NCBI GenBank assembly: GCA_041664625.1
Contig: JBAYKK010000001.1
Coordinates: 1,956-65,955, forward strand
Length of the DNA: 64,000 bases
DNA from: Minisyncoccota bacterium
Lineage (GTDB): Bacteria; Patescibacteriota; Minisyncoccia; Phycocordibacterales; WO2-35-19
Direction: 5' to 3'
In this document: piece after piece, positions 26,659 through 36,557 of the stretch
Layout of the letters: every line of letters begins with the position of its first letter
Numbering within the stretch: position 1 is the first letter of the stretch
Program-made: the position numbers and the translations under genes
Notes under the pieces: model-generated
The model's input: only the letters and a program-made list of their open reading frames with translations
What the model was told of the DNA's origin: nothing
Databases searched by the model: none

Positions 26659-28263
26659 ATGAAAAATAAACTAACTATAGGAATCATTGCAGCCGTAGTC
26701 ATCATAGGTGGGATTGTCCTTGTACAAAGTCCGGACACTGGTAATAAAGTATTGGCTGGAAGTTTTTCTACTGATATAACCGGTCTGGCAGAAGCCAAAA
26801 CATCAGAGACTGTTGAGCTTAAAAACGGCGATACCTACGATCTCACGGCTTCAATTGTGAAGAAGATGATTGGCAACAGCGTGGTCAAAATGCTCGCCTA
26901 TAACGGCATGATTCCGGGACCCATGATTAAAGTGGAGCAAGGTGCGGAAGTAACACTCAATTTCACTAATAATACAGATGTTGACACCACGATTCATTCC
27001 CACGGAGTGCGACTTGATAATAAATTCGATGGCGTTCCAGACGTGACACAAAAAGAAGTTAAAACGGGCGAATCTTTCACTTATAAGGTCAAATTCCCTG
27101 ACGAGGGCATGTACTGGTATCACCCTCATATTCGAGAAGATTACGCACAGGAGCTTGGCCTTTACGGCAACTATCTTGTTACTCCCAATGATCCGAACTA
27201 CTGGTCTCCGGTCAATCGTGAAGTTGCGTTGTTCATAGACGACATCCTTATAGAAAACGGCAAGATTGCGACGTTTAGCAAAGCGTCTGCAGATCGCACG
27301 CTTATGGGCAGGTTCGGCAATACCATGCTTGTAAATGGCGAGATTGACTACACACTTCAAGCAAAAGCAGGAGAAGTAATCCGCTTCTATATCACGAACT
27401 CCGCGAATACAAGAACGTTTAATATCTCTATCCCCGGCGCAAAAATGAAACTTGTGGGAGCTGATGGCGGAAAATATGAACGCGAAACGTGGAGCGACGG
27501 TGTGGTTCTAGGCCCTTCTGAACGTACAATCGTTGAGGTGCTCTTTGCGAATTCCGGATCTTATATGCTTCAGCACAAAACTCCGAATCGTACTTATACA
27601 TTGGGAACGATTAATGTTACCAACGAGAAAGTAATTAATTCATTTGAGAAAGAGTTTGTGATACTACGTTCAAACAAAGACATGCAAGCGGAAATTGACG
27701 CATTCAGACCATTTTTCAATAAACCGGCAGATAAGCGTTTGAAGCTCACTATTGATATGGGTATGCAGATGCAGGGCATGATGCAAAACAATACCGGTGG
27801 CCACAATATGAATATGATGGGCGGCAATCAAATGATGCCCAACAGCGAAATGGTGGCTAGTGGCGATCCTATTGAGTGGGAGGAAAACAGTGCAACAATG
27901 AACGTTATGTCCAATTCTGAAATTATGAAATGGGTTATCCAAGACGAAGACACTGGCAAGAAAAATATGGATATTGATTGGAGCTTCAAAGTTGGCGACA
28001 AAGTTAAAATCAAAATCACCAACGATCCGAAGTCCGTGCACCCAATGCAACACCCTATTCACTTCCACGGCCAACGTTTTTTAGTACTTTCAACAAACGG
28101 CAAACCGAACGATAATCTTGTGTGGAAAGATACTACTCTAATCCCAAACGGAGATACAGTTGAACTTCTTGTTGAAATGACAAATCCAGGTGAATGGATG
28201 GCACACTGCCACATTGCCGAGCATTTGGAGGCAAGCATGATGTTTGGTTTTAAGGTTAATTAA
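26659..28263 (+). CDS. Multicopper oxidase with a Met-rich insert.
   Basis: 'HSHG', 'WYHPH', C-terminal 'HCHIAEHLEASMM', and the Met-rich 'MGMQMQGMMQ...MNMMGGNQMM'. Confidence 0.85.
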   Translation: MKNKLTIGIIAAVVIIGGIVLVQSPDTGNKVLAGSFSTDITGLAEAKTSETVELKNGDTYDLTASIVKKMIGNSVVKMLAYNGMIPGPMIKVEQGAEVTLNFTNNTDVDTTIHSHGVRLDNKFDGVPDVTQKEVKTGESFTYKVKFPDEGMYWYHPHIREDYAQELGLYGNYLVTPNDPNYWSPVNREVALFIDDILIENGKIATFSKASADRTLMGRFGNTMLVNGEIDYTLQAKAGEVIRFYITNSANTRTFNISIPGAKMKLVGADGGKYERETWSDGVVLGPSERTIVEVLFANSGSYMLQHKTPNRTYTLGTINVTNEKVINSFEKEFVILRSNKDMQAEIDAFRPFFNKPADKRLKLTIDMGMQMQGMMQNNTGGHNMNMMGGNQMMPNSEMVASGDPIEWEENSATMNVMSNSEIMKWVIQDEDTGKKNMDIDWSFKVGDKVKIKITNDPKSVHPMQHPIHFHGQRFLVLSTNGKPNDNLVWKDTTLIPNGDTVELLVEMTNPGEWMAHCHIAEHLEASMMFGFKVN

Positions 28264-28281
28264 AATTATAAAAATAAAAAT

Positions 28282-28914
28282 ATGTCATCAGCATCAGGTT
28301 ATGGAATGTGGGGATTGGTAGTATTAAATGTAGCGATTTTTCTTATATTCGCTTTCAGTTTTACTCATCCAAAAACAAAAAGAGATTGGCGATCATTCGG
28401 AGCATTTTCGGCATTTATTGTGGCGTTGTTTACAGAAATGTATGGCTTTCCGCTGACCATTTATTTTCTTTCCGGTTGGCTTACGAAATGGGTACCCGGA
28501 CTTGATCCTTTTACACACAACTCTGGTCATATTTTAGAAGACCTTTTTGGGTGGGGTGGCGATCCTCATTTTGGACCGTTCCATATTGCAAGCTATATTC
28601 TGATTTTTTACGGATTTAGTTTGCTTGCTAAATCATGGAAAGTTCTTTATGCAAGTCAGCGTGAACATACTCTCGCCACTACCGGCCCGTACGCTCGTAT
28701 CCGCCATCCTCAATATGTGGGATTTGTAACTATCATGTTCGGATTTCTTTTGCAGTGGCCTACTATACTCACGGTTATCATGTTTCCAATTCTAATATGG
28801 GTTTATACTCGCCTTGCTTACAGAGAAGAAAGAGAAATGCAAAAAGAATTTGGCGATGTTTACAAAAAATATTATGAACAAGTTCCCGCTTTTATTCCTA
28901 GGTTAAAAAAGTAA
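28282..28914 (+). CDS. Isoprenylcysteine carboxyl methyltransferase (ICMT)-family membrane methyltransferase.
   Basis: 'RHPQYVG' motif and TM helices. Confidence 0.55.
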   Translation: MSSASGYGMWGLVVLNVAIFLIFAFSFTHPKTKRDWRSFGAFSAFIVALFTEMYGFPLTIYFLSGWLTKWVPGLDPFTHNSGHILEDLFGWGGDPHFGPFHIASYILIFYGFSLLAKSWKVLYASQREHTLATTGPYARIRHPQYVGFVTIMFGFLLQWPTILTVIMFPILIWVYTRLAYREEREMQKEFGDVYKKYYEQVPAFIPRLKK

Positions 28915-28941
28915 AGTATGCTATACTTTTAGCAACCAAAT

Positions 28942-29349
28942 ATGAAATACATTGCAACGTTGATTTTCATAAGTTTTTTGGGATTAGCCGTATTTAGCAC
29001 TATGGCTCTTAATCATAGGATGAACGATTCTGTGGATAACTGCATAGGTTCTAAAGTGGATAACACTCCTTGCCCTACCAACTTAGTGGCAGCGGCCGCT
29101 CATCACATTTCCGTTTATCAAGCGATTTTCAATACATTTATACCTTCAGTTAGTAACTCTCTTGTTTTATTAACATTACTGCTCCTTGCTCTAGCATTTA
29201 TATCCTGGTCTGCCAAAGATCTTATCAGCGAGACTTCCCAACTTAAATTTTTACATCAAAGATTAAGAGATTTTGAATTAGTAAGACATAAAGCTAGACA
29301 AAGATTTGTCTCTTGGCTTTCTCTTTTTGAATTGAGTCCTTCTATATAA
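28942..29349 (+). CDS. Hypothetical membrane protein.
   Basis: N-terminal and central TM segments. Confidence 0.35.
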   Translation: MKYIATLIFISFLGLAVFSTMALNHRMNDSVDNCIGSKVDNTPCPTNLVAAAAHHISVYQAIFNTFIPSVSNSLVLLTLLLLALAFISWSAKDLISETSQLKFLHQRLRDFELVRHKARQRFVSWLSLFELSPSI

Positions 29350-29446
29350 TCCGGCACGAATTAGCCTAAGCTTTTTCGTGCTGTTCAATATCCCATCTCT
29401 GGGATATTTCTATTTACTACTAAAATTATTAGCTTACAGAAAAATT

Positions 29447-30316
29447 ATGGAAATTCTCGTAGGAACATCTCTCGTGGCGGCATTCGTGGCCGGAGTAGCA
29501 GCTCTGTTCGCTCCATGTTGTGTGTCTGTTCTTCTGCCGTCTTACCTTGGGAACGTATTCAAAGAAAAATACAAAATTTTCTTTATGACTTTTGTATTTT
29601 TCCTCGGTATGGCAACAGTTTTCCTGCCGATCGGATTGGGAGCATCAATGTTGTCTCAAACTTTCAGCAAATACCACAGCCAAATATTCACGGTTGGCGG
29701 TATATTCCTGATGGTACTTGGGATCTTTATGCTGTTCGGTAAAAAAATGACCACACCTGCTTCTGTTAGAGATGGTATGAAAAAGCATGTTTCGTCCATC
29801 TATGTCCTTGGAATATTCTCAGCTATCGCAACTACTTGTTGCGCTCCGGTATTGGCTGGAGTGCTGACTCTCTCGGTCGCTAGTGGCACAGTTATTTGGG
29901 GAGTGATTTATACCCTTGCTTACGTCTTGGGTATGACATTGCCCCTATTCATCATTGCTGCACTTCTGGACAAATACAACCTTACGGAAAAAATAAAGGG
30001 GGCGAAAAAGATTGTGGCTATGCGGCTCGGAAGCTTTAAGTGGAGGATTACGGTCTCTGAACTCATCTCAAGCCTAATCTTCCTCGCAATGGGCGGATAT
30101 ATCACGTACTTGGCTTTTGCCAATAAATTGACTATGCATCCGTCCGATTATCAGCTGCAAATGAACATATACAACGCCAAATTTCTGGGTGCTATTCAGG
30201 GCTATGTAAAAATAATTCCCGAATATATTTGGGCTCTGATCTTCGTATTGATCGTGTCGTATATGTCATTTGCGTTTATCAAACTAATTAAAAAACAAAA
30301 CAATGAAAAAATTTAA
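29447..30316 (+). CDS. Polytopic membrane protein, possibly DsbD/CcdA-like ('APCC' in TM1).
   Basis: Six to eight TM helices with a conserved Cys pair. Family assignment is tentative. Confidence 0.4.
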   Translation: MEILVGTSLVAAFVAGVAALFAPCCVSVLLPSYLGNVFKEKYKIFFMTFVFFLGMATVFLPIGLGASMLSQTFSKYHSQIFTVGGIFLMVLGIFMLFGKKMTTPASVRDGMKKHVSSIYVLGIFSAIATTCCAPVLAGVLTLSVASGTVIWGVIYTLAYVLGMTLPLFIIAALLDKYNLTEKIKGAKKIVAMRLGSFKWRITVSELISSLIFLAMGGYITYLAFANKLTMHPSDYQLQMNIYNAKFLGAIQGYVKIIPEYIWALIFVLIVSYMSFAFIKLIKKQNNEKI

Positions 30317-30959
30317 GGAATACATACCGCTTTTAACAGCATTCATGTTCGTTATTGGGGTCGGGGCACTCGGATTTATTTTGTATAAATCGGCTCCGCC
30401 CCAAACTGCCCAATCTGCGACAGCGACTAATGATATGTCCAGCCATCACAGCGGAGGGGCTGGAGCAGTGACGGATAATGGTCCGCTCAATTCTCTAATA
30501 GGCAAAGCATTGCCGGATATAAGTCTCCAAGATAAAGATGGTAAAACATACGCCAATGCCGACCTTAAGGGTAAATATACAGTCCTTTTCTTCAATGAGG
30601 GGCTCATGTGTTATCCCGGATGTTGGAACCAAATTGCTGCTTTTGGCAGTGACTCGAGATTCAATTCGGCCGATGTACAGGCTATATCTGTAGTAGTTGA
30701 TTCGGCCAAAGATTGGCAAAAGGCTATCGCCAAAATGCCTAAACTGGCTAATGCTAGAACTATGTATGACACAGGGGCGAGCGCCTCAAAACAGCTCGGT
30801 ATGCTCTCCACTGCTTCTTCGATGCATAAAGGATCACTGCCCGGACACACGTATGTTTTGGTCGATAAAGATGGAATCGTAAAGTACGTTTATGACGATC
30901 CTAATATGGCTATCGCCAACGATTCTCTCTGGGGCAAAATTCAGGAATTAAACAAATAA
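30303..30959 (+). CDS. Thioredoxin-fold (redoxin/TlpA-like) protein with a CxxC ('CYPGC').
   Basis: 'KYTVLFFNEGLMCYPGC' and an N-terminal anchor. Confidence 0.55.
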   Translation: MKKFKEYIPLLTAFMFVIGVGALGFILYKSAPPQTAQSATATNDMSSHHSGGAGAVTDNGPLNSLIGKALPDISLQDKDGKTYANADLKGKYTVLFFNEGLMCYPGCWNQIAAFGSDSRFNSADVQAISVVVDSAKDWQKAIAKMPKLANARTMYDTGASASKQLGMLSTASSMHKGSLPGHTYVLVDKDGIVKYVYDDPNMAIANDSLWGKIQELNK

Positions 30960-30964
30960 CAATT

Positions 30965-31456
30965 ATGGACAAAAAACCAACAATGGAGGAGCTTGTGGAA
31001 AAAATAAATAAGCTCAAAGCTACGGGCGAACTTGATCTCTCTATGGAGGAAGATTTGAGTATAGCCATTATGAATCTGATTAGTCTGGAAGAACATTTCT
31101 ATTTTACCGGAGAAAAAACCGGTAAAAGCGAATATTTTGATTTGCTGGGCGAAACCAGGGAAATCAGAAAACAGCTTCTAGCTAAAATGATTGACAAAAA
31201 CGAAGGAGAGACTTGGTGCATTACCAAACACTTACTCGCTACGACCATGAGGCTTATAGAGGTCGGTACCAAGCTTCAATCGTCCGGCAAAAAAGAAGAA
31301 TCGCAAGATATGTTCAAAAAAGCCTATCAAATTTACTCTCTCTTTTGGGGACTTAGGCTTAAACTCATAGATTTACCTGAATTGAAAGAAGTATCAGGCG
31401 AGCCAATGACAAAAGAAGATATTATTAGCAAATTAGTAGACTGTTGCAAAGAATAG
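30965..31456 (+). CDS. Hypothetical protein.
   Basis: ORF only. Confidence 0.35.
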   Translation: MDKKPTMEELVEKINKLKATGELDLSMEEDLSIAIMNLISLEEHFYFTGEKTGKSEYFDLLGETREIRKQLLAKMIDKNEGETWCITKHLLATTMRLIEVGTKLQSSGKKEESQDMFKKAYQIYSLFWGLRLKLIDLPELKEVSGEPMTKEDIISKLVDCCKE

Positions 31457-31475
31457 ACTACACATTAAAAGTAAA

Positions 31476-32477
31476 ATGGAAAATAAAAAAACTTTCGAAA
31501 TACCTACGCCTGTGGCAATTATTATTGCTGGAGCATTGCTTTCCGGTGCTTGGATGTTCAATAATTGGCTGAATCTTCCAGTCAACCAGCAGAAGACGAC
31601 TCTGGCCGCCCAAAAGAAAGTCCAGGTTCAATTATCAGATGCGGAAAAGAAAGTCATCCCCGCTGGGGGGGTGGAATTACCAGTGACTTGGGGAGAACTT
31701 GGGAAACAGTTAACTGATGTCGGGGTCATTGATAAAGAAAAATTCAAAAAGTTGTATGTAGATCGCCAAGAATGGAATGCTGAATACGATAAGCTTCTTT
31801 CTGGTAATAACACAGGAAAGATCAGGGTTACCCCTGAAAATTCACCGTTTCTATTGAACTTACTATGGGCACTCGGCTTAGCTCAAAACAATCCTATCTT
31901 GTTTGATAAAGAAGACATAATGAATCCTAAGTATGCCAACGGCAAAACTCCTGGTTCAACATTTGCTTCTACCGGAGGCTGGAATATGGCCGTTGGAAAC
32001 AGTATGGACCACTATGGGAAGCACACCTTCTTTAATCTCACTCCTGAACAGCAGGCATTGGTTGATAAAATTTCTCGTGGCGTATACCGACCTTGCTGCG
32101 GCAATTCAACTCACTTCCCAGATTGCAATCACGGTATGGCCATGTTGGGGCTTCTAGAACTCATGGCCTCTCAAGACGCAAGCGAGCAAGACATGTGGAA
32201 AGCGGCTCTCGCAATCAATTCATATTGGTTTCCTGACACTTACATCACCATTGCTTCTTACATGAAAGAAAAGAAGAATATAGAGTGGAAAAATGTTAAT
32301 CCTCAAGAAGTTTTGGGAGTAGATTATTCAAGCGGTCAAGGCTTTGCAAAAATTTCTGCGCAGGTGGCTCCAGTATCTGGATCAAGCAGAGGTGGCAGTG
32401 GATGCGGCATTAGTTCCGGCGCACCGGCAGAAACAGTGGCACAGCCACAGAGAAGACAGAGCGGTTGCGGATTATAA
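31476..32477 (+). CDS. Secreted Cys-rich protein, paralog A.
   Basis: Shares 'YRPCCGNSTHFPDCNHGMAMLGLLE' and a Gly/Ser/Cys C-terminal tail with 32501-33388. Confidence 0.5.
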   Translation: MENKKTFEIPTPVAIIIAGALLSGAWMFNNWLNLPVNQQKTTLAAQKKVQVQLSDAEKKVIPAGGVELPVTWGELGKQLTDVGVIDKEKFKKLYVDRQEWNAEYDKLLSGNNTGKIRVTPENSPFLLNLLWALGLAQNNPILFDKEDIMNPKYANGKTPGSTFASTGGWNMAVGNSMDHYGKHTFFNLTPEQQALVDKISRGVYRPCCGNSTHFPDCNHGMAMLGLLELMASQDASEQDMWKAALAINSYWFPDTYITIASYMKEKKNIEWKNVNPQEVLGVDYSSGQGFAKISAQVAPVSGSSRGGSGCGISSGAPAETVAQPQRRQSGCGL

Positions 32478-32500
32478 GATTAAAATAGCCACAATAAAAA

Positions 32501-33388
32501 ATGGAAAACGAACCAGAATATGGAATTCAAAGGCAGACGAAAAAATCTGGCGACAAGTTCATGTTACCAATCTCTATCGTTATTGCTGGTATATTGATTG
32601 CCGGAGCTGTTACGTATAAATCAGGAGCCATTTCGTTACAGTCGCTGACAGCCAAGCAAGCAGTTCAAAACAGGCAAGCAACACTTATCGATGGAGGAAA
32701 AATTCTACCTCTGGAACAGGAAAAGAAAATACTTGAAACTCTAATCGCTAACGGCACTATTGATCCAAACCAGCTTTCTGAAGTGTCTGAGCTTAATCTG
32801 CTTTGGGCATTTGGCTTGGCTAATAAGAATCAGATTCTTGAGAATGGACCGATAATGGATTCTAGCTATGGCGGACCGACAAACATGGCTTCGGTTGGAG
32901 GGTGGACTGTAACAACAGGATCAGTGATGGATCACTATGACAAACACTCTTTAGTGGCACTTACAGTTGATCAACAGGCTCTTGTTGAAAAAATTGCAAA
33001 GGAAATCTATAGACCTTGTTGTGATAACTCTACCTACTTCCCTGATTGCAACCACGGAATGGCTATGTTGGGGCTTCTTGAATACCTAGCATTCCAAGGA
33101 GCAACAGAAGAGCAGATGTGGAATGCGGCCATAACGGCCAATATGAGCTGGTTCCCTGATCAATATCAGACGATCTCCCAATATTTGAAGATAAAGGGTA
33201 TTGATATAAAGACAGTGACACCTCAAATGCTTCTTAGCGCAGAATATTCAAGCGGTTCAGGATTTACAAGGATTTCAGCTCAAGTTCCTCAAAACCTGCA
33301 GCAAAGAAGTAGCGGTGGTGGGTGTGGTGTGGATTCAGGTGGAACTTCGGCTACACCCCAGAAACAGCAAGGCGGATGTGGGATATAA
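32501..33388 (+). CDS. Secreted Cys-rich protein, paralog B.
   Basis: 'YRPCCDNSTYFPDCNHGMAMLGLLE'. Tandem duplicate of the upstream gene. Confidence 0.5.
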   Translation: MENEPEYGIQRQTKKSGDKFMLPISIVIAGILIAGAVTYKSGAISLQSLTAKQAVQNRQATLIDGGKILPLEQEKKILETLIANGTIDPNQLSEVSELNLLWAFGLANKNQILENGPIMDSSYGGPTNMASVGGWTVTTGSVMDHYDKHSLVALTVDQQALVEKIAKEIYRPCCDNSTYFPDCNHGMAMLGLLEYLAFQGATEEQMWNAAITANMSWFPDQYQTISQYLKIKGIDIKTVTPQMLLSAEYSSGSGFTRISAQVPQNLQQRSSGGGCGVDSGGTSATPQKQQGGCGI

Positions 33389-33418
33389 AATTATAAATTT
33401 AGATTAAACATTAAAATT

Positions 33419-34042
33419 ATGGACATTACGATTAGAGGTGACGAGCAAAAACCATCAAAAGCCAAAGGATCAAGGTTGATTATTATCTCCGTCAGCGCCG
33501 CAATAATAATTCTCCTTGCCAGTCTCCAATTCTCAAGAGGTCTGCTTGTAGCGGCAACCGTTAATGGTAGCCCCATAAGCAGATGGGCAGTAATAGGAAA
33601 TTTGGAAAAGCAAGCTGGCAAACAGGCACTTGATTCTTTGATCACTGAAAAATTAATTGAAAGCAAACTGGGTGAAATATTTGTTTCTAAAGAAGAAATA
33701 GACGGCGAAATTAAAAAAATTGAGCAACAGGTTACTTCTCAAGGAGCAACCATGGATGCGGCTCTAAAGCAGCAAGGTATGACAATGGAACAGCTACAAG
33801 ACCAGATAACGATGCGAAAAAAGCTTGAAAAATTGCTGGCTGATAAAGCCCAGATATCGGATGAAGAAGTGAACACCTACATTAAAGATAACAAAGTTAC
33901 ACCTAAAAATGGCGAAAAGCCGGAAGATTTCAAGGTTCAAGTTAAACTGGAATTACAACAGCAGAAGTTTGACCAAGTAGCTGGGCAATGGATGAGTGAT
34001 TTAAAAACTAACGCAAAAATAAATTATTATGTAAATTATTAA
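33419..34042 (+). CDS. SurA N-terminal-domain-like chaperone protein.
   Basis: TM anchor followed by a helical domain typical of SurA_N. Confidence 0.45.
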   Translation: MDITIRGDEQKPSKAKGSRLIIISVSAAIIILLASLQFSRGLLVAATVNGSPISRWAVIGNLEKQAGKQALDSLITEKLIESKLGEIFVSKEEIDGEIKKIEQQVTSQGATMDAALKQQGMTMEQLQDQITMRKKLEKLLADKAQISDEEVNTYIKDNKVTPKNGEKPEDFKVQVKLELQQQKFDQVAGQWMSDLKTNAKINYYVNY

Positions 34043-34105
34043 AGAATAACATGTGACGTTTTCATATTAATAGTCCTGTCCGAGCAATTGGATGGGGCTA
34101 TTATC

Positions 34106-35935
34106 TCAAAACTCTCCCAAAATTCCTTTCAATTTAGTCTCATGGTCTCGAATACCAGCATCGTCTGGTTCAATTGAATCAATATCGATAATAAAATTAT
34201 CCTCAAAATGCAGGATCTCTTTTTGCTTGAAAATGCCACGTCTAGTTTTCTTTAGGTCATCTTTGGCTGCGTTGGTAGCGATCAAAATCGATTCGTTATA
34301 TAGCCTAATACAATCCTTTAAAAATTGTATCCTCTCGGCCACATGATAGGTAAAATCGGTCTCGTAAATTTTGACTAGTCTCTTGAATAGTTTTTCAAAA
34401 GCCAAAAGAGCGGCATAATTTTTAATCAGATTTTCTCGTCTTTCCTTAAACAATTTGTAAATCTGTTGGCTCCTGAACTTTATGATCGCTTTTCCATCCT
34501 CCCGCTCCTCTTTAAACACAGATTGTCCCTTGTGAATATTTGAGAGAAGGGTGATTGAGAGACCATAAACACTGAAAATATTTGGTTCACCCTTGCCGTT
34601 GTGGTCGCAGATAAGAAATTCTCTGTCCAGGTTTTCTCCATTTTCAGGATCGTCATTGGTATAAACGATGCCTAGATTTGGATCATATTTATCTGTTCTT
34701 TCTCTGAATTCTTTAACGAATTTGTAATCTGCTTTTAAATTATATAAACTTTTGCCAGTTATGACAGAGCCATCAAATGTCTCAAAGCATACTCTTTCGT
34801 CGGCTTCGCACTTAATTGGTTCGAGGCCGGCATTCTCCAGAACTTTGCGAGCGTTTTCAAGCTCTTTGTCGTATAAACCTTTGCTGTACAATTTTTCATT
34901 TCTGGTTTCTCTCTCGCTTCTCTCGCTCAATTTCAATTCTCCTTTTTTGACGTGATCTAGTAAAATTTTTCTGGCTTCCTTTTTAATCTCAAGCCACCTT
35001 TGGAAAAGATCGAAGCTATTACTCAAAACAAGAGGGGTATAGTCATCAAAGAGCCCATCATCGAACCACTTGAGGCAAGCTTCCTTTAGCATAGCTTTTA
35101 TATTTGTGTCGTTTTTGGTCGCGTACTCTTCCATTAGTTTAGAGACCTCTTCGTAGGTATTGCTCTGCTCATCATCAGCTTCTTGATTTTGAGACATGGA
35201 CTTGCCCTTAATTTCAATTCCCTTGTCTTTCAAAAAATATCTGGCAACTTCGGTCAGAGGGATGCAAGCGAAATAATGATAGAGCTGGTATTCGTGGGCA
35301 AATTTGTTGTAACTTTGCTCAGCCACCAGCTCTGCCAGTTTTTCTTTGCCGTCTTGGTTGAGTTCATCTTTGTCGCCAAAGAGATTGGCGATAATTTCCT
35401 CTTGATCTAAATACTGGTGGTCATATTCAATTTCAACATACAGCTCCTTAAGTTGCTCTTTTTCCGCTTCACTTAATCTTTCGAGAGCTAGTTGGTACAC
35501 AGCATAATCAAAATCAATTCCTTCTCGCAGCTTCATTTGTTTTTGCTTTTCGGCAATTTCCGCGGCTTCTTCAATGGTGACCATCTTTGTGCTCTTCAGG
35601 TTTTCGATGTACCTTTTCATTTCTCGGTGAGCTGGATATTGGGCCATGTCGGTAAGAATGGGAAGTTGAGCAAGGTATGCGGTCTGGCCGTCTTTGAAAT
35701 GGAATTCGACTTCGATTTCCATCCTACCTACATGTTTCCAGCCTTCATTCATACGGTTCCACTCTTTGGCTTCCCAGTTCTCTTTTGACTCCCAATTTTC
35801 AAGAGCCGCTTTATCGGCAGGAGTGAGAGATTCTTTTCCCGTTCTTTCTCTTTGGATGTCGTTTTGAATGAGGAGAATATACCTCTCCTTTGGAGTTAAG
35901 TTACTTCGGCCCAACATATTTGAAATATTTTTCAT
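34106..35935 (-). CDS. Large hypothetical protein (609 aa), Glu/Lys-rich with coiled-coil character.
   Basis: Long ORF with no P-loop or other recognisable motif. Confidence 0.5.
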   Translation of the reverse strand: MKNISNMLGRSNLTPKERYILLIQNDIQRERTGKESLTPADKAALENWESKENWEAKEWNRMNEGWKHVGRMEIEVEFHFKDGQTAYLAQLPILTDMAQYPAHREMKRYIENLKSTKMVTIEEAAEIAEKQKQMKLREGIDFDYAVYQLALERLSEAEKEQLKELYVEIEYDHQYLDQEEIIANLFGDKDELNQDGKEKLAELVAEQSYNKFAHEYQLYHYFACIPLTEVARYFLKDKGIEIKGKSMSQNQEADDEQSNTYEEVSKLMEEYATKNDTNIKAMLKEACLKWFDDGLFDDYTPLVLSNSFDLFQRWLEIKKEARKILLDHVKKGELKLSERSERETRNEKLYSKGLYDKELENARKVLENAGLEPIKCEADERVCFETFDGSVITGKSLYNLKADYKFVKEFRERTDKYDPNLGIVYTNDDPENGENLDREFLICDHNGKGEPNIFSVYGLSITLLSNIHKGQSVFKEEREDGKAIIKFRSQQIYKLFKERRENLIKNYAALLAFEKLFKRLVKIYETDFTYHVAERIQFLKDCIRLYNESILIATNAAKDDLKKTRRGIFKQKEILHFEDNFIIDIDSIEPDDAGIRDHETKLKGILGEF

Positions 35936-36171
35936 ATTTTTCTCTTTTTTAACATCTGTTCAAGAAATTCGACCCGGTCTTTGAGGTCTCTGACTTCTAT
36001 AAGTTTAGATAACGCCAAAGCCAAGCGGGAAATAGTGGCTGCCCGACGCAAAGAAGTTTTTCTCTCAGCCACATCCTGCAAAGTCTCTGAAAGAATGGCT
36101 GCCGCCTCTTCAGCACTCATGTAATTTTTCTTTTGTAAATCTTTTTCGTCCATATTTTTACATTCCTTCAA
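35932..36171 (-). CDS. Hypothetical small protein.
   Basis: ORF in the same orientation as its neighbours, with overlapping stop and start codons. Confidence 0.35.
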   Translation of the reverse strand: MKECKNMDEKDLQKKNYMSAEEAAAILSETLQDVAERKTSLRRAATISRLALALSKLIEVRDLKDRVEFLEQMLKKRKI

Positions 36172-36547
36172 TTATTTCCATCCAAGCTTTGACCTCGGCA
36201 GCCCTGCCGGTTTTGGTAGCTTCGCGATACAGAGCAGAGACGACATTTGGAGTTAGCTTCTTGGCCCAGGAATGGATAGATTTCATAAGGCCACCTGATT
36301 TCTCAATCCTCTTGTTCCATTCGGAAAGAGTGCCCAAATCCTTGATTCCAAACTTCTTGGCAAACTCTGTTTGGTTTTTAATTTCCAAAAGAGACATCGC
36401 CAGCTCGTCATCCACACCCAATTTTTCGACCACATGCCTCGGCTGTCCGCGCAGGATAGAAGGCATCGATCGCCAAAGAACATAGGATTCAAATTCCTGT
36501 TTTTTGTAGATGGTCGCATATTTTGAGTTATCATCCTCGTCTGGCAT
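36158..36547 (-). CDS. Hypothetical protein, possibly a phage small-terminase or HTH-like protein.
   Basis: ORF. The resemblance is weak. Confidence 0.3.
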   Translation of the reverse strand: MPDEDDNSKYATIYKKQEFESYVLWRSMPSILRGQPRHVVEKLGVDDELAMSLLEIKNQTEFAKKFGIKDLGTLSEWNKRIEKSGGLMKSIHSWAKKLTPNVVSALYREATKTGRAAEVKAWMEIIEGM

Positions 36548-36557
36548 ATAACTTGGG

